Of a stretch of DNA of 64,000 nt, positions 25,957 to 35,913 are shown one piece after another. The DNA is from Halorutilales archaeon Cl-col2-1 (GTDB taxonomy: Archaea > Halobacteriota > Halobacteria > Halobacteriales > Afararchaeaceae). The position numbers and the translations under genes were made by a program. The DNA lies in assembly GCA_041891055.1 (NCBI GenBank), contig CP169074.1, forward strand, positions 960,001-1,024,000, written 5' to 3'. The notes below the pieces were generated by a model. The model was given only the letters and a program-made list of their open reading frames with translations. It was not told the DNA's origin and made no database searches. Every line of letters begins with the position of its first letter. Within the stretch, counting starts at the first letter, position 1.

Positions 25957-28671
25957 CTACGCTCGGGCTTTGTTCCAGTCTATTATAGACTGTATTATCT
26001 CCGTACGTGTATATTTTACATCATCTATTTCATTGCTGTCGTCTATATTCCATTCGATGATTCTGTTTATGACAGTCTGTCTGTCTACAGGCCTGCCATT
26101 TCGATCACCGAACGGATTGTTCGGATCAAGAGACCCCTTGTCCTCAACAACGAATACTATTGAGGATGCCGTACCATCACTAAGCTCAGCATTCACAGTT
26201 CCTGTTTCACCGATAGATTGGTTTGATATATTAGCAGTAATGGAGTAACTACTGTTCAAAGTATCCCCATCAGTACCGAGAAGCTCAACGAATTCAACTG
26301 ATTCATTGATTCCATCACCGTCAGTATCGTTCAGAGTCACAAACTGCGCCTGGGTAGTATCAGTTGGGGATATATCTATGTCAAAGTTGCTCTCTCCAAA
26401 CGTTACCGTCGTTTGTCCAGTACTTACATTCGAAACAGACACGTTCACATAGATCTGATCCGATAATCCGTCACTGTCGGTGTCAGACAAGGAAGTCTGT
26501 ATCTCGTCTATTTGAGCACCGTCGTTAGGACTTACCGAAACAGCCTCACTCGTCGTATCTGTCGCACCATTGTCATCTTTGATAGTAAGCTGAACCAAGT
26601 ACTGTCCTGAACTACTGTATGAGTGCGAGGTGACTTTCTTCGACGCAGTCGTTCCGTCGCCGAAGCTCCAGCTATAACTCTGTATATCTCCATCTGGATC
26701 CGAAGAACTGGATCCATCAAATACTACACTGTGGGAAGCTGTAGGTCTATCCGGAGTGTAGCTAAAAGTGGCTTTTGGCGGTGTATTATTTTCTTCAATT
26801 GTAACTTCACGGGAATCACTGTGATTATCGCTCCGGACAGAAGCGACATAGGTACCATTATCACCTTTTTGAGTTGACCATTGGAAGTGTAATAATTTCG
26901 CCTCACTACTTCGTAGAGAAACTTGGGTAGAATCACGGACATTACCTCCAACCTCGAGTTTAACTTTCTGAGTTGCGGTCAGATCCCCCGTATTCACAAC
27001 TGTCGAGTTGACTGAGAGCGTTTCCCCCTCGATTATAGGAGAGTTCGTGGAATTAAGTGTAACTTCGAAGTTTGCGGGAGTCTTCTCACTTAGATAGATA
27101 TTCCTCTCAACATCCTCATCACGCCGGAGTGTTACTGTCTCAGTCACATTCTCGTACCCAGGGGCGGACACTTCGAGCTCCCAAGTGCCCTCGGCGAGAC
27201 CAGCCTTGTACTTACCGCTCGTAGTGTCGACTCGGAGACCCTCAACTATTACCTCAGACTCCTCAATCGGTACCCCGGTACTATTGACGACAGTCCCAGA
27301 GACAGACGCGGTGTCACGGAGATGTCTAGTAGCCGAGAAAGCATCCGCAACGCCATGCCCATATCTTGTACTTGGCATCTCCGTCTCTGACCCGTAGGCT
27401 GTGAGTGCAAAAGCGTCGGAGATTCTTCGTGGGCTTTTATCACCCGCAGCCGAGATAGCGAGAGCAGTGGCTCCTGCAAGATGAGGTGTCGCCATACTCG
27501 TGCCCGACTGCGTTCGATATCCTCCATCGGCTGATGTACTGTTCACATACACACCTGCGGCTACCACATCAGGTACGACGTACTCACTGGGCCAGTCTTT
27601 CGGGGCTGAGGTACCCCACTCTGAGTCAGTATCAATCTCTTCTCCACTAGAGAAGTTGGGTACATCGAGGTTACTGTCTACCGCACCCACACTGAGAACG
27701 TCGTAGACATTGCCCGGCGATGAGCTCGTCCCATCCCCGCTGTTTCCGGTTGATGTCGCAACTACGGTTCCCATCTGGTTAGCGTTTTCAACTGCGTCAA
27801 TCCAGGCTTGATCCGTAGCTCCACCTATGCTCATCGTAACTACATCCGCGTCATTTTCGACAGCCCACTCAAGACCGGCGAGTGCTTGGGATAATGTCCC
27901 AGTTGTGTCGTTCATCACTAACGCATGCATCAGAGACACGTTTGGCGCAACTCCTGTGTGATCGCCTGCGACGATGCCAGAGACATGTGTTCCGTGGTTA
28001 CCCGTGTCGTGGGGCTCCGAGTTAGGAACACGTCCCCCATATGGATCAAACTCAGCCCATCCTCCAGGATAGGTAGGATCAGAGGAGTCAGTCGTATATA
28101 GTTCTATGTCGGAGTGTGATACATTAACTCCAGAGTCAAGAACCGCTACTTTGACACCTGAACCCCTAGTGCCGTACTGAGACCAGACCTTCGTAGCGTT
28201 TATCTGTTCTATGCCGTAAGTAGTTGCCGTGGTTGTTATAGTCGACGTGGCTGTTATAGGCGATGTTGTAGGTTTAGCCGATGACGAGTTAGGAATCTTG
28301 ATCCGGGAATTTGGCTCAATAGAACGCACTCCATCGATACGGGTAAGCTTCTCGTAGTCATACCCCGGTCGGATCTCGACGAGTACGGAGTTAGTTATCC
28401 AGAACTTCTTGAGAACTCTCACTCCGTCAGTCGACTCGGCGTGGTCAGTCAGGGAATACTGAGAGGTCTTGACTTTGTGTCTCCTCTCAGACTTGGTGGT
28501 GACAGATCTTAGATCCTGTAAGTTGACGAGAACCTCCATGGGTTGATTTGTAGACTCGATCTCGGTTCTGGCATCCTGTGTAACTACGGTGTCCGAAGCC
28601 GTAGCTGTTGGAAAAGAAAGCAGAAGTACGAGTGTTAAGACAGTGAGGGGTAGTGTGATTCTCATGCCCAT
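25957..28671 (-). CDS. Secreted S8 subtilase with propeptide, Ig/CARDB-like, PKD, domain X and WN module
   Basis: VAVLDSG, HGTHVSG, GTSMATPH triad; SYSWSFGDG PKD motif. Confidence 0.92.
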   Translation of the reverse strand: MGMRITLPLTVLTLVLLLSFPTATASDTVVTQDARTEIESTNQPMEVLVNLQDLRSVTTKSERRHKVKTSQYSLTDHAESTDGVRVLKKFWITNSVLVEIRPGYDYEKLTRIDGVRSIEPNSRIKIPNSSSAKPTTSPITATSTITTTATTYGIEQINATKVWSQYGTRGSGVKVAVLDSGVNVSHSDIELYTTDSSDPTYPGGWAEFDPYGGRVPNSEPHDTGNHGTHVSGIVAGDHTGVAPNVSLMHALVMNDTTGTLSQALAGLEWAVENDADVVTMSIGGATDQAWIDAVENANQMGTVVATSTGNSGDGTSSSPGNVYDVLSVGAVDSNLDVPNFSSGEEIDTDSEWGTSAPKDWPSEYVVPDVVAAGVYVNSTSADGGYRTQSGTSMATPHLAGATALAISAAGDKSPRRISDAFALTAYGSETEMPSTRYGHGVADAFSATRHLRDTASVSGTVVNSTGVPIEESEVIVEGLRVDTTSGKYKAGLAEGTWELEVSAPGYENVTETVTLRRDEDVERNIYLSEKTPANFEVTLNSTNSPIIEGETLSVNSTVVNTGDLTATQKVKLEVGGNVRDSTQVSLRSSEAKLLHFQWSTQKGDNGTYVASVRSDNHSDSREVTIEENNTPPKATFSYTPDRPTASHSVVFDGSSSSDPDGDIQSYSWSFGDGTTASKKVTSHSYSSSGQYLVQLTIKDDNGATDTTSEAVSVSPNDGAQIDEIQTSLSDTDSDGLSDQIYVNVSVSNVSTGQTTVTFGESNFDIDISPTDTTQAQFVTLNDTDGDGINESVEFVELLGTDGDTLNSSYSITANISNQSIGETGTVNAELSDGTASSIVFVVEDKGSLDPNNPFGDRNGRPVDRQTVINRIIEWNIDDSNEIDDVKYTRTEIIQSIIDWNKARA

Positions 28672-28794
28672 GTCCAGACTAGGAAAATTGATGTATAAAT
28701 ATGTGGATACTGCAGTCGCTGTTGAGTTGAATAAAAATAGAAGTTGAGATTTTGTTACGCGACGTGAGCCGCGTTCTTGTTAGTGCTACTTAGT

Positions 28795-31515
28795 CTACGC
28801 GGCGTTCCAGTTGACTATGTAGTCGATTATATCGTCACGTGTGTACGACGTTCCGTCTATCTCACCGTTGTTATTCCAGTCAACAATCCTGTCTATGACA
28901 GTATTCCTGTCAACAGGGTTGTTGTTCTGGTCACCGAATGGGTTGTTCTCGGAGAGAACCCCATTGTCTACCTCAACATCCTCGAGCACAACATCACGCG
29001 TGTTGGTACCAGGCTCAAGGTCGTCAATTACAGCGAATCCAGTCTCATCCTGGTACTCCGCAGTTACGCGGTACTGCATACCCGTCCTAATTGCATGCTC
29101 GGTTTCGTTGGGGAACGTGTACTGAGAGTTGCCCTCCGAGACGGGTCTCGGACCGAGGACATTCTCATACTCACCCGATGTCGTGTTGAGCATGTCGAGC
29201 GTGACTATGGGCTCTTCTCCGTCACTGGGTATGGGATCCTCGTTTCTGTCGAGGACATCTCCAGTGATTGTACCGGTGGAGAATATGTCGAACTGACCCT
29301 GGTTGGAGTCGTTGTTGTCGAGGACTCCTTCAGTGTCACTTGTCTTGTAGAGAGCGCCGTTGACGTTCTCAGTGGACGCACTGATATTGACGGAGCCATT
29401 TAGAGCACCACCTACTGTGTAGTTCGTCATAGCAACGCCGTTGTCGTTAGTCGAAACTGTTGTCTGTTCGAGATCGCCGAGGTTACCGTCACCAGTCTCG
29501 ACTATTTCGAGGTCAACGTTCTGGTTGGCTATGGGCTCAAACTCACTGTCAGGCGATCCTTCTTCAGCCGCCTCAACTTCAACGTGAACTCCGTAGTCAT
29601 CTCCGGACGGTATCTCGGAGACCTTGTTGTACTGACCTGTCTCGTTCTCGACAGTCACATCGAGCTTGAAGTCGAGTGCAGCCTCACGGATGTGGTGTGT
29701 GTAGTCGTAGGCAACACCGCTTCCTTCGAAATCCCATACTCTATTTTCCCACGGAGAAACCGTGTAATCCGCGAGTAGTGTGTCCTCGGGAAGTCCTGTG
29801 CTCTCTGAGAGAGTCTGAGCATATACGTCGGTCTCTGACGAGTTGTATATGTTGTAACCGTCAGCCTTGACGTAGATGTGGAAGTCTGCGTTGTCGACGA
29901 GACCAGGTATGACGTACTTGCCTTCCTGACCTTCGACGTTGTCAGCAACGAGGAACGACTCACCGGCGTCGTTCTGGATGTCCTGTATCTCATCGAGGCT
30001 CTGGGGTCCGTCCTCGTAGGCTGCCCAGATCGTGGCGTCGTCGAACATCTCTCTGTTCGTCACGTCGACGACCTCGTGCTGTGAGGCTTTCTCGCCCTCT
30101 ATGAAGTAGAAGGCGTCACTGAGGAGAGCCTCAACACCGTTGGGGGTTCTGCTAAAGTACTCAGGATCACTGGAGTTCGATCCGTAGTTATCGTAAGCGG
30201 GGTCATCAAGAGGACCACTAAGCGGCTGGTCAGTCACCTGTGCGGCGGGTGGTGTGTGACCACCAACGTCTGTCTGACGGAGTAGCTCGGATGCTAGCGT
30301 AACATCATCATCTGCGATATCAGTCGACCACGCGAAGAGGTCTTCTGTACGTAGCGGATCTACGTTCTCCTCAGTCGCGTTGACTGCCGTGATATTGAAC
30401 GTCTCGTAACTGAACACGCCAGTAGTGTCGTTACCGTCTATGTTCGCTGTGGGACTGTCAGGCGTGATTGTTACGCTTATCTGGCGTGATGTATTCTCGT
30501 CAGTCTGGTTGGTAACGAACTCAAGCGGCGATCCGTCGGTTGCGTTCGCGGCTCGGACATTAACCGTTACCTCCATGTCTCCGTGGAGGGGCTGTGTGTC
30601 CTCGTACGAGGACTGTGTCTGAGCGAAGACAGCGAACTGACCCTGGTTGTCGAACTCACCGTTGGCGAAGACCGCGGACGTGTTACCCGTCACACGCTCC
30701 TCGTCAGAGTCGTATGCTCCGACACCGAATACGTTGGGTTCGAGTCCGGTCTGAAGTGTGAGTGTACGTGTCGGACCAGTCCGGTCAGGCTCGAAGAGGC
30801 TGACCTGGTCGGTCTTCGACTCGTACTCGTCCTTCACAGCCCTGATGACGTAGTCGACACTATCGGCTTCATTCGATCCAACTGCGAGGCTGTCGAATGT
30901 GTGAGCGTTGTCGTCATCAGCTAGAGTTACGTTACGTATCGGTGTGGACGTGGAAGCAGTACCGTCCCATTCTCCGGCACGGTAAAGCTCAACGGTTGCA
31001 CCGTTTATCGGATCACCGTTGATGTCATCGATACGGACATTTATGTTACCCTCCTCATCAGTACCGACTGTTAGATCCGTACTCGAGTAAGGATTGATAC
31101 TGAATCCGTGGTAGATGGTATCAGTGGAATCCTTGTTGGTGAGAATGCCCGGAACAGCTATGTCAGTGAACGTCACAGTTGCTGTCTCATTTGCAGGGAT
31201 CGTTACATCCTTCGAGGCCTGTGTTACACCGTTGGACAGACCCTCGTTTTCACTGAAGTTATATTTGACAGTCCCATTTACCTCAGAATCATTGTTATTT
31301 GTGATGTTAATCGATACCTCGTCGAATGTCTGTCCGTGGTAAGCTACACGCGGAAGCTCAGCTGAGTCTCCGTCGAATGCAAAGTCACTGTTACCAGCAT
31401 TGTTAGTAGCAGCTGTAGCACTTCCCGCAAGTGCTCCTACACCTACGCTGAATACCGACATTACCATAAGAGCTGTCAGAAACAGCGACCTAATCTTTTC
31501 TTTACTTGTTGTCAT
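28795..31515 (-). CDS. Large secreted surface glycoprotein with Ig-like domains and C-terminal WN module
   Basis: Haloarchaeal surface-glycoprotein-type signal (KIRSLFLTALMVMSVF), many N-x-S/T sequons, GGAGGTGA SD, no PGF-CTERM. Confidence 0.85.
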   Translation of the reverse strand: MTTSKEKIRSLFLTALMVMSVFSVGVGALAGSATAATNNAGNSDFAFDGDSAELPRVAYHGQTFDEVSINITNNNDSEVNGTVKYNFSENEGLSNGVTQASKDVTIPANETATVTFTDIAVPGILTNKDSTDTIYHGFSINPYSSTDLTVGTDEEGNINVRIDDINGDPINGATVELYRAGEWDGTASTSTPIRNVTLADDDNAHTFDSLAVGSNEADSVDYVIRAVKDEYESKTDQVSLFEPDRTGPTRTLTLQTGLEPNVFGVGAYDSDEERVTGNTSAVFANGEFDNQGQFAVFAQTQSSYEDTQPLHGDMEVTVNVRAANATDGSPLEFVTNQTDENTSRQISVTITPDSPTANIDGNDTTGVFSYETFNITAVNATEENVDPLRTEDLFAWSTDIADDDVTLASELLRQTDVGGHTPPAAQVTDQPLSGPLDDPAYDNYGSNSSDPEYFSRTPNGVEALLSDAFYFIEGEKASQHEVVDVTNREMFDDATIWAAYEDGPQSLDEIQDIQNDAGESFLVADNVEGQEGKYVIPGLVDNADFHIYVKADGYNIYNSSETDVYAQTLSESTGLPEDTLLADYTVSPWENRVWDFEGSGVAYDYTHHIREAALDFKLDVTVENETGQYNKVSEIPSGDDYGVHVEVEAAEEGSPDSEFEPIANQNVDLEIVETGDGNLGDLEQTTVSTNDNGVAMTNYTVGGALNGSVNISASTENVNGALYKTSDTEGVLDNNDSNQGQFDIFSTGTITGDVLDRNEDPIPSDGEEPIVTLDMLNTTSGEYENVLGPRPVSEGNSQYTFPNETEHAIRTGMQYRVTAEYQDETGFAVIDDLEPGTNTRDVVLEDVEVDNGVLSENNPFGDQNNNPVDRNTVIDRIVDWNNNGEIDGTSYTRDDIIDYIVNWNAA

Positions 31516-31605
31516 GTTTCACCTCCTTTGTATAATACTTGTTTCGCACGCGTGTACGCGTGGACTCTGTACGACTATAGCTTCTCTGCGACTGCGAGTT
31601 TCGTA

Positions 31606-31785
31606 TCATGCTTTTTCACCCTCTTCCATGTCGAAGTAATCCCGAAGGATCTCTTCGAGCATTTCTGAGACCTGCTTTCCTTCTGCGACACCACGACTGC
31701 GGACTTGACGCCAGACCTCCGAGTCGATCTCGATGGTCGTGCGTGTGACGTCCGCCTGTTTATCGTCGTCTGTCGGTTCATCCAT
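31606..31785 (-). CDS. Ribbon-helix-helix (CopG-like) small regulator
   Basis: RTTIEIDSEVW...VSEMLEEILRDYF; TATA-like AGAAAGTTTATATG upstream (about 31891-31904). Confidence 0.7.
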   Translation of the reverse strand: MDEPTDDDKQADVTRTTIEIDSEVWRQVRSRGVAEGKQVSEMLEEILRDYFDMEEGEKA

Positions 31786-31993
31786 TCGTAAGCTCATCTA
31801 TGTGTCAACTTTCTTACTCTTCTTCCATTCTACTTCTTGTTCTATAACGCTATTCAACTGGCTGTACAGACTGAGGTTTAAGCGAGAAGGCATATAAACT
31901 TTCTGTAACGAGGGGTTAAATGTCAGATATCCAATCACAATTCTCGGCTGAATAACGGCTTTATCGACTGTAGGCGCGCGTCTGTGTGTCGAT

Positions 31994-34357
31994 TCAGCCT
32001 CCTAATCCCGAGAAAGACACAGACACAGACCCACCCTCTCTGACATCAACTTCGGAGACATCGGTGTCTATCGATACCGAGGAGTCGCCCGTACTCACGT
32101 TATACTCCCCTGGATACGGTACACGCAGAGAGAAACTGCGGTTCTGAGACTCAGTAGACTTCGAGTACACGAACTCTGTCTCGGGTATCTCGACACGTGT
32201 TGAGGCTGTCACAGTAGAAGTCGAGTTAGACGAGACGTTGCCCTCTAAGACCGCGCCCTCAACTAAGGCAAACGCCTTCGTACTACCGTCGGAGTAGATC
32301 CCTCTGTACCTGCCCGTCCGTGTGTCGAGTCTCGAGAGACGTGAGAAGACCGAGTCCGAGGGCACCGACCCCGACACATACGAGTCGCGGAGGACTACGA
32401 ATCCCATCCTGCCGGAGTACTCACTGTAGACATCCTCTGGAGACTGTGACGACACGAATCCGTCGTAGTTACTCCGTGAGAAGCCGTATGACCCCGACTC
32501 GCCGTTCACGAAGTAGTTATACATGCGGCTCTCTCCCCAGTTACTCAGAACCCGGTTGTTTGGATAAGACAGGTTGGCGTCGTCGGAGTACTCCTCCATG
32601 GCGAGTGCGGCATCGTGCTGTGTCTCATCAGGTACTACCTTGTTGACCTGCACGGGGGTCTGTGCGACGTTTAACCCGGCGACGAGAGAAAACAGGAGAA
32701 CGATGTATACAGACGTACTCAGACTCGGCATACTCACACCGGAGATGCCGTCTCCGAACGCCTCGAACTTCTGTGTCAGATCCATAGTATAAGACAGATG
32801 CACGAAGCCTATCCCCGACAGAACAGCGAGGAGTACCGACAGCTGACCCGCGAACCTCTGCTGTATCAGAGCCAGAACCGCGAAGTACACTGTATATACT
32901 GAGACCACCATCCATCCCTCAGATCCTTCGTCGTTGTCGTAGATGCCTCTTACAACCCACAGGAGATAGCCTATCCCGAGGAGATGGAGTGTGCCAAACT
33001 GTACGAAAGGACCGAAGAACCCGAACTCGCCTATGATCGACTGAGTCTCGACTATGTTACTACCGCTCAGACCCAAGAAAGCCGATATCTCCCCTCTGAG
33101 GCTCTCGGCTTCTTCGGGTAGACCGAACCAGAATCCGAGGGCTCCGGCTGTGAGTATCCCCGTTTCAGTCACAAGTGCCGTCCTCGTCGATCCTCCGACT
33201 CTGTAGACAGCCTCCGACCCGAGACTCAGAGCCACGGCACCTCCTAAGAGATAGATCGGGATATTGGCTACCGTGTCGGTATGCCATCCGTGCACAGAAT
33301 GGACGTAATAAGTGACCGACGACGTCACGAGAAGGGCTAAGAGAATCGGGGAGTTGTACTCAAGCGGAGAGGCTGACTCCGTTGTCGGGTCACGTACCGC
33401 ATTTACGGATCTTATAAATACATAGGCTCCTACCGGTGCTATGAGAGCCGGGCTATGATCCCACGATAGCACCTGTCCCGCAATGGAGAGTCCGAGTAAG
33501 ACGGAGAGTATCCACGTACTGGGCTTTCGGTTTCTTATGTAGTCGGTTCGAGTGTCGGTGTCAGACAGATACACGAGCCCTACGAGGGTAAACGAGAGCC
33601 ACACGTAATCGAATGCGTGGTGATCGGAGAAGCCAAGAGCCGTACGGAGGGCATGACCCGGTATGACAGCAAGCATAACCACAGAAGCTATACCCGCTCT
33701 GGCATCGTCGGTGAGCTTCTTGGCTATGAGATAGACAGAGACACCCGCTATCAGTGCCGAGACGACTGGGTACAGTCCGACGACCAGTAGCGTTGATCCG
33801 AATACCTCCGAGACCGTCCCGAGACTGTACACCAGAAGAGGCTCGCCCTTCTTCTGTCCGAAGCCGAGACTCCCCTCGGAGATGAATCTCTGTGTCCAGT
33901 AGAGGTAAGCGTAGGGATCGTTGCCGAGAAGGACTACGTCGCCCTTTCTGAAGACGGTGGGGTAGAAGTAAGACCGAAACGCTACGATAAGAAGGAATGA
34001 CAGACTGACACCGAGAAGCCAGACACGGCTGATCTCGATATTCAGGTTGGTGTCACGTAACGGGATATCGACGTTAGAATCAGCAGAATGAGTCTCCCTC
34101 TGGATTTCGTCTTGCGACTCTGGTTCTACTGCTGAGACTAGGGAGTCGGTATCGGATACCGAGTATAGACCCGTCGCGGTGTCTTTCTCTATAATACCCC
34201 TCGACACCAACTCGCCGAACTCCCCCGAGTCGAAAGGAGTGTCATCGAAGTCCCACGACTCGTTAGACGAGTCTATCTCTATAAGTTGACGTAGAGAATC
34301 CTCGATATCCGGCTTCTCGTCAAGGAGATCCTCGACCTCCTCACGCATCTCGTCCAT
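31994..34357 (-). CDS. STT3/AglB-like GT-C membrane protein (non-canonical)
   Basis: GNDPY and DHH motifs, multi-TM core, IVETQS; WWDYG position reads SNWGESR. Confidence 0.8.
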   Translation of the reverse strand: MDEMREEVEDLLDEKPDIEDSLRQLIEIDSSNESWDFDDTPFDSGEFGELVSRGIIEKDTATGLYSVSDTDSLVSAVEPESQDEIQRETHSADSNVDIPLRDTNLNIEISRVWLLGVSLSFLLIVAFRSYFYPTVFRKGDVVLLGNDPYAYLYWTQRFISEGSLGFGQKKGEPLLVYSLGTVSEVFGSTLLVVGLYPVVSALIAGVSVYLIAKKLTDDARAGIASVVMLAVIPGHALRTALGFSDHHAFDYVWLSFTLVGLVYLSDTDTRTDYIRNRKPSTWILSVLLGLSIAGQVLSWDHSPALIAPVGAYVFIRSVNAVRDPTTESASPLEYNSPILLALLVTSSVTYYVHSVHGWHTDTVANIPIYLLGGAVALSLGSEAVYRVGGSTRTALVTETGILTAGALGFWFGLPEEAESLRGEISAFLGLSGSNIVETQSIIGEFGFFGPFVQFGTLHLLGIGYLLWVVRGIYDNDEGSEGWMVVSVYTVYFAVLALIQQRFAGQLSVLLAVLSGIGFVHLSYTMDLTQKFEAFGDGISGVSMPSLSTSVYIVLLFSLVAGLNVAQTPVQVNKVVPDETQHDAALAMEEYSDDANLSYPNNRVLSNWGESRMYNYFVNGESGSYGFSRSNYDGFVSSQSPEDVYSEYSGRMGFVVLRDSYVSGSVPSDSVFSRLSRLDTRTGRYRGIYSDGSTKAFALVEGAVLEGNVSSNSTSTVTASTRVEIPETEFVYSKSTESQNRSFSLRVPYPGEYNVSTGDSSVSIDTDVSEVDVREGGSVSVSFSGLGG

Positions 34358-34448
34358 GGTTGAGATTATATCTAGTACGTAGTATAAAACTACTTACAGA
34401 CGTCGTCTATCCGACAGTATCAAAAAACCCCAGACCAATCTCGGTATA

Positions 34449-35285
34449 ATGACCGATATATCCCCTCTCATATCCCTGGTAATCGGCGTATTACAGGGTG
34501 TCTTCGAGTGGCTGCCCATATCGAGCGAGGGCAACATAACCCTGTTTCTGACTGCTTTCACTTCTCTTGAGCCCGACGCTGCGGTACAGCTGTCACTCTT
34601 TCTCCACGCGGGTACAGCCCTGTCTGCGACAGTTTATTACCGCGAAGAAGTTCTGGAGGTTCTGGACGACGTTAAGGACACGTCGAACTGGAGACCTTCG
34701 TCGGCTTTTGAACCACGTAATGCCGAAGCCTGGTTTCTGGGAGTCGCTACGTTTGCATCAGTTGTGACGGGGTTAGCCGCGTATTCGGCTATAATAGAGA
34801 TGGCAACAGAGGTCACGGGAGGTGTCTTCGTGGCGGTGATAGGACTTCTTCTGGTTATTACAGGGGTTCTACAGAGAGTAGCAGAAAGTAGAGGGAGTTA
34901 CGGTTCGCGTGATCCAAACCTCACGGACTCGTTGCTTGTGGGCGGTCTACAAGGACTCGCAATACTCCCGGGAGTCTCACGTTCGGGTACTACAGCGAGT
35001 GCGCTACTTCTACGTGGTCATGACGGTTCTACCTCCCTGCGTCTGTCTTTTCTTATGAGCATACCCGCGGCGTTCGGCGCTGGTGTTCTGACCGTCTTAG
35101 AGACCGGCGGTCTGCCTAGTGTGAGTCCGGTGTCTGCGGTAATAGCAGTTTCGGCGAGTGCCGTAGTAGGATACCTCACCATAGACGCTCTAATGAGGGT
35201 CGTCGAGAGGATAGCCTTCTGGCTCGTCTGTGTGGTCTTAGGGCTCCTCGCGGTCGTCGGCGGATACCTGACGCTCGTACTGTGA
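34449..35285 (+). CDS. uppP: Undecaprenyl-diphosphate phosphatase (BacA/UppP)
   Basis: QGVFEWLPISSEG, PGVSRSG, SFLMSIPA. Confidence 0.93.
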   Translation: MTDISPLISLVIGVLQGVFEWLPISSEGNITLFLTAFTSLEPDAAVQLSLFLHAGTALSATVYYREEVLEVLDDVKDTSNWRPSSAFEPRNAEAWFLGVATFASVVTGLAAYSAIIEMATEVTGGVFVAVIGLLLVITGVLQRVAESRGSYGSRDPNLTDSLLVGGLQGLAILPGVSRSGTTASALLLRGHDGSTSLRLSFLMSIPAAFGAGVLTVLETGGLPSVSPVSAVIAVSASAVVGYLTIDALMRVVERIAFWLVCVVLGLLAVVGGYLTLVL

Positions 35286-35909
35286 GTCACGCGGCGGCTC
35301 AGGAGGTTCGAGGACTGCGATAAGAAGCTTAGCGGGCTTCGACTCGGCTATCTCGTCCCACGACACGTGGGATCTCACACCCAATACGGAGAGTGAGCCA
35401 ACCCCGAAACGGAGAACAAAGCCGGTATTCGTCAGGTCTCCGAGTACTAGTGAGACAGAAGTGTTGACGAGTACTGAGGCTAGGACGACGAGGCTAATCG
35501 ACCTGACTGTCTCGTCTCGGACGTAAGCGTACGTCTCGGAGACGGTGGCGTGAACTCTCGATCTGACCCACGCGGGGACGAGAAAACTAACGGCTCTGTC
35601 GACCAGCTCTATCAAGGAGCCTACAGTTAGAGTCTCACGTAGATCTATGACCACGACCTCGGGCTCAGGCTCTGCGGTGAGCCATCTGTATAGCCAAGAA
35701 GACTCCGAGACTTCAACCGTCGATCTGCCTATACGTGAGAGCTTAGAACCGTGGACTGCTTTCTCTACGGAGTTGAGTAGATTCTGGAGACGTGACTCGT
35801 CGAATCCGTCTCTGATCGCGTCCGAGATACGTCCAAGCCCTCCGGCGACGGCTGAGCCACGTAATACGTCGATGTCTAAATCTGGGATTCTCGACTCGCT
35901 CCGGGACAT
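35238..35909 (-). CDS. Membrane hypothetical protein
   Basis: SWLYRWLTAEPEPEVVVIDLRET, C-terminal TMs and EPPEPP; 3' end overlaps uppP. Confidence 0.7.
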   Translation of the reverse strand: MSRSESRIPDLDIDVLRGSAVAGGLGRISDAIRDGFDESRLQNLLNSVEKAVHGSKLSRIGRSTVEVSESSWLYRWLTAEPEPEVVVIDLRETLTVGSLIELVDRAVSFLVPAWVRSRVHATVSETYAYVRDETVRSISLVVLASVLVNTSVSLVLGDLTNTGFVLRFGVGSLSVLGVRSHVSWDEIAESKPAKLLIAVLEPPEPPRDSQYERQVSADDREEP

Positions 35910-35913
35910 CGTT

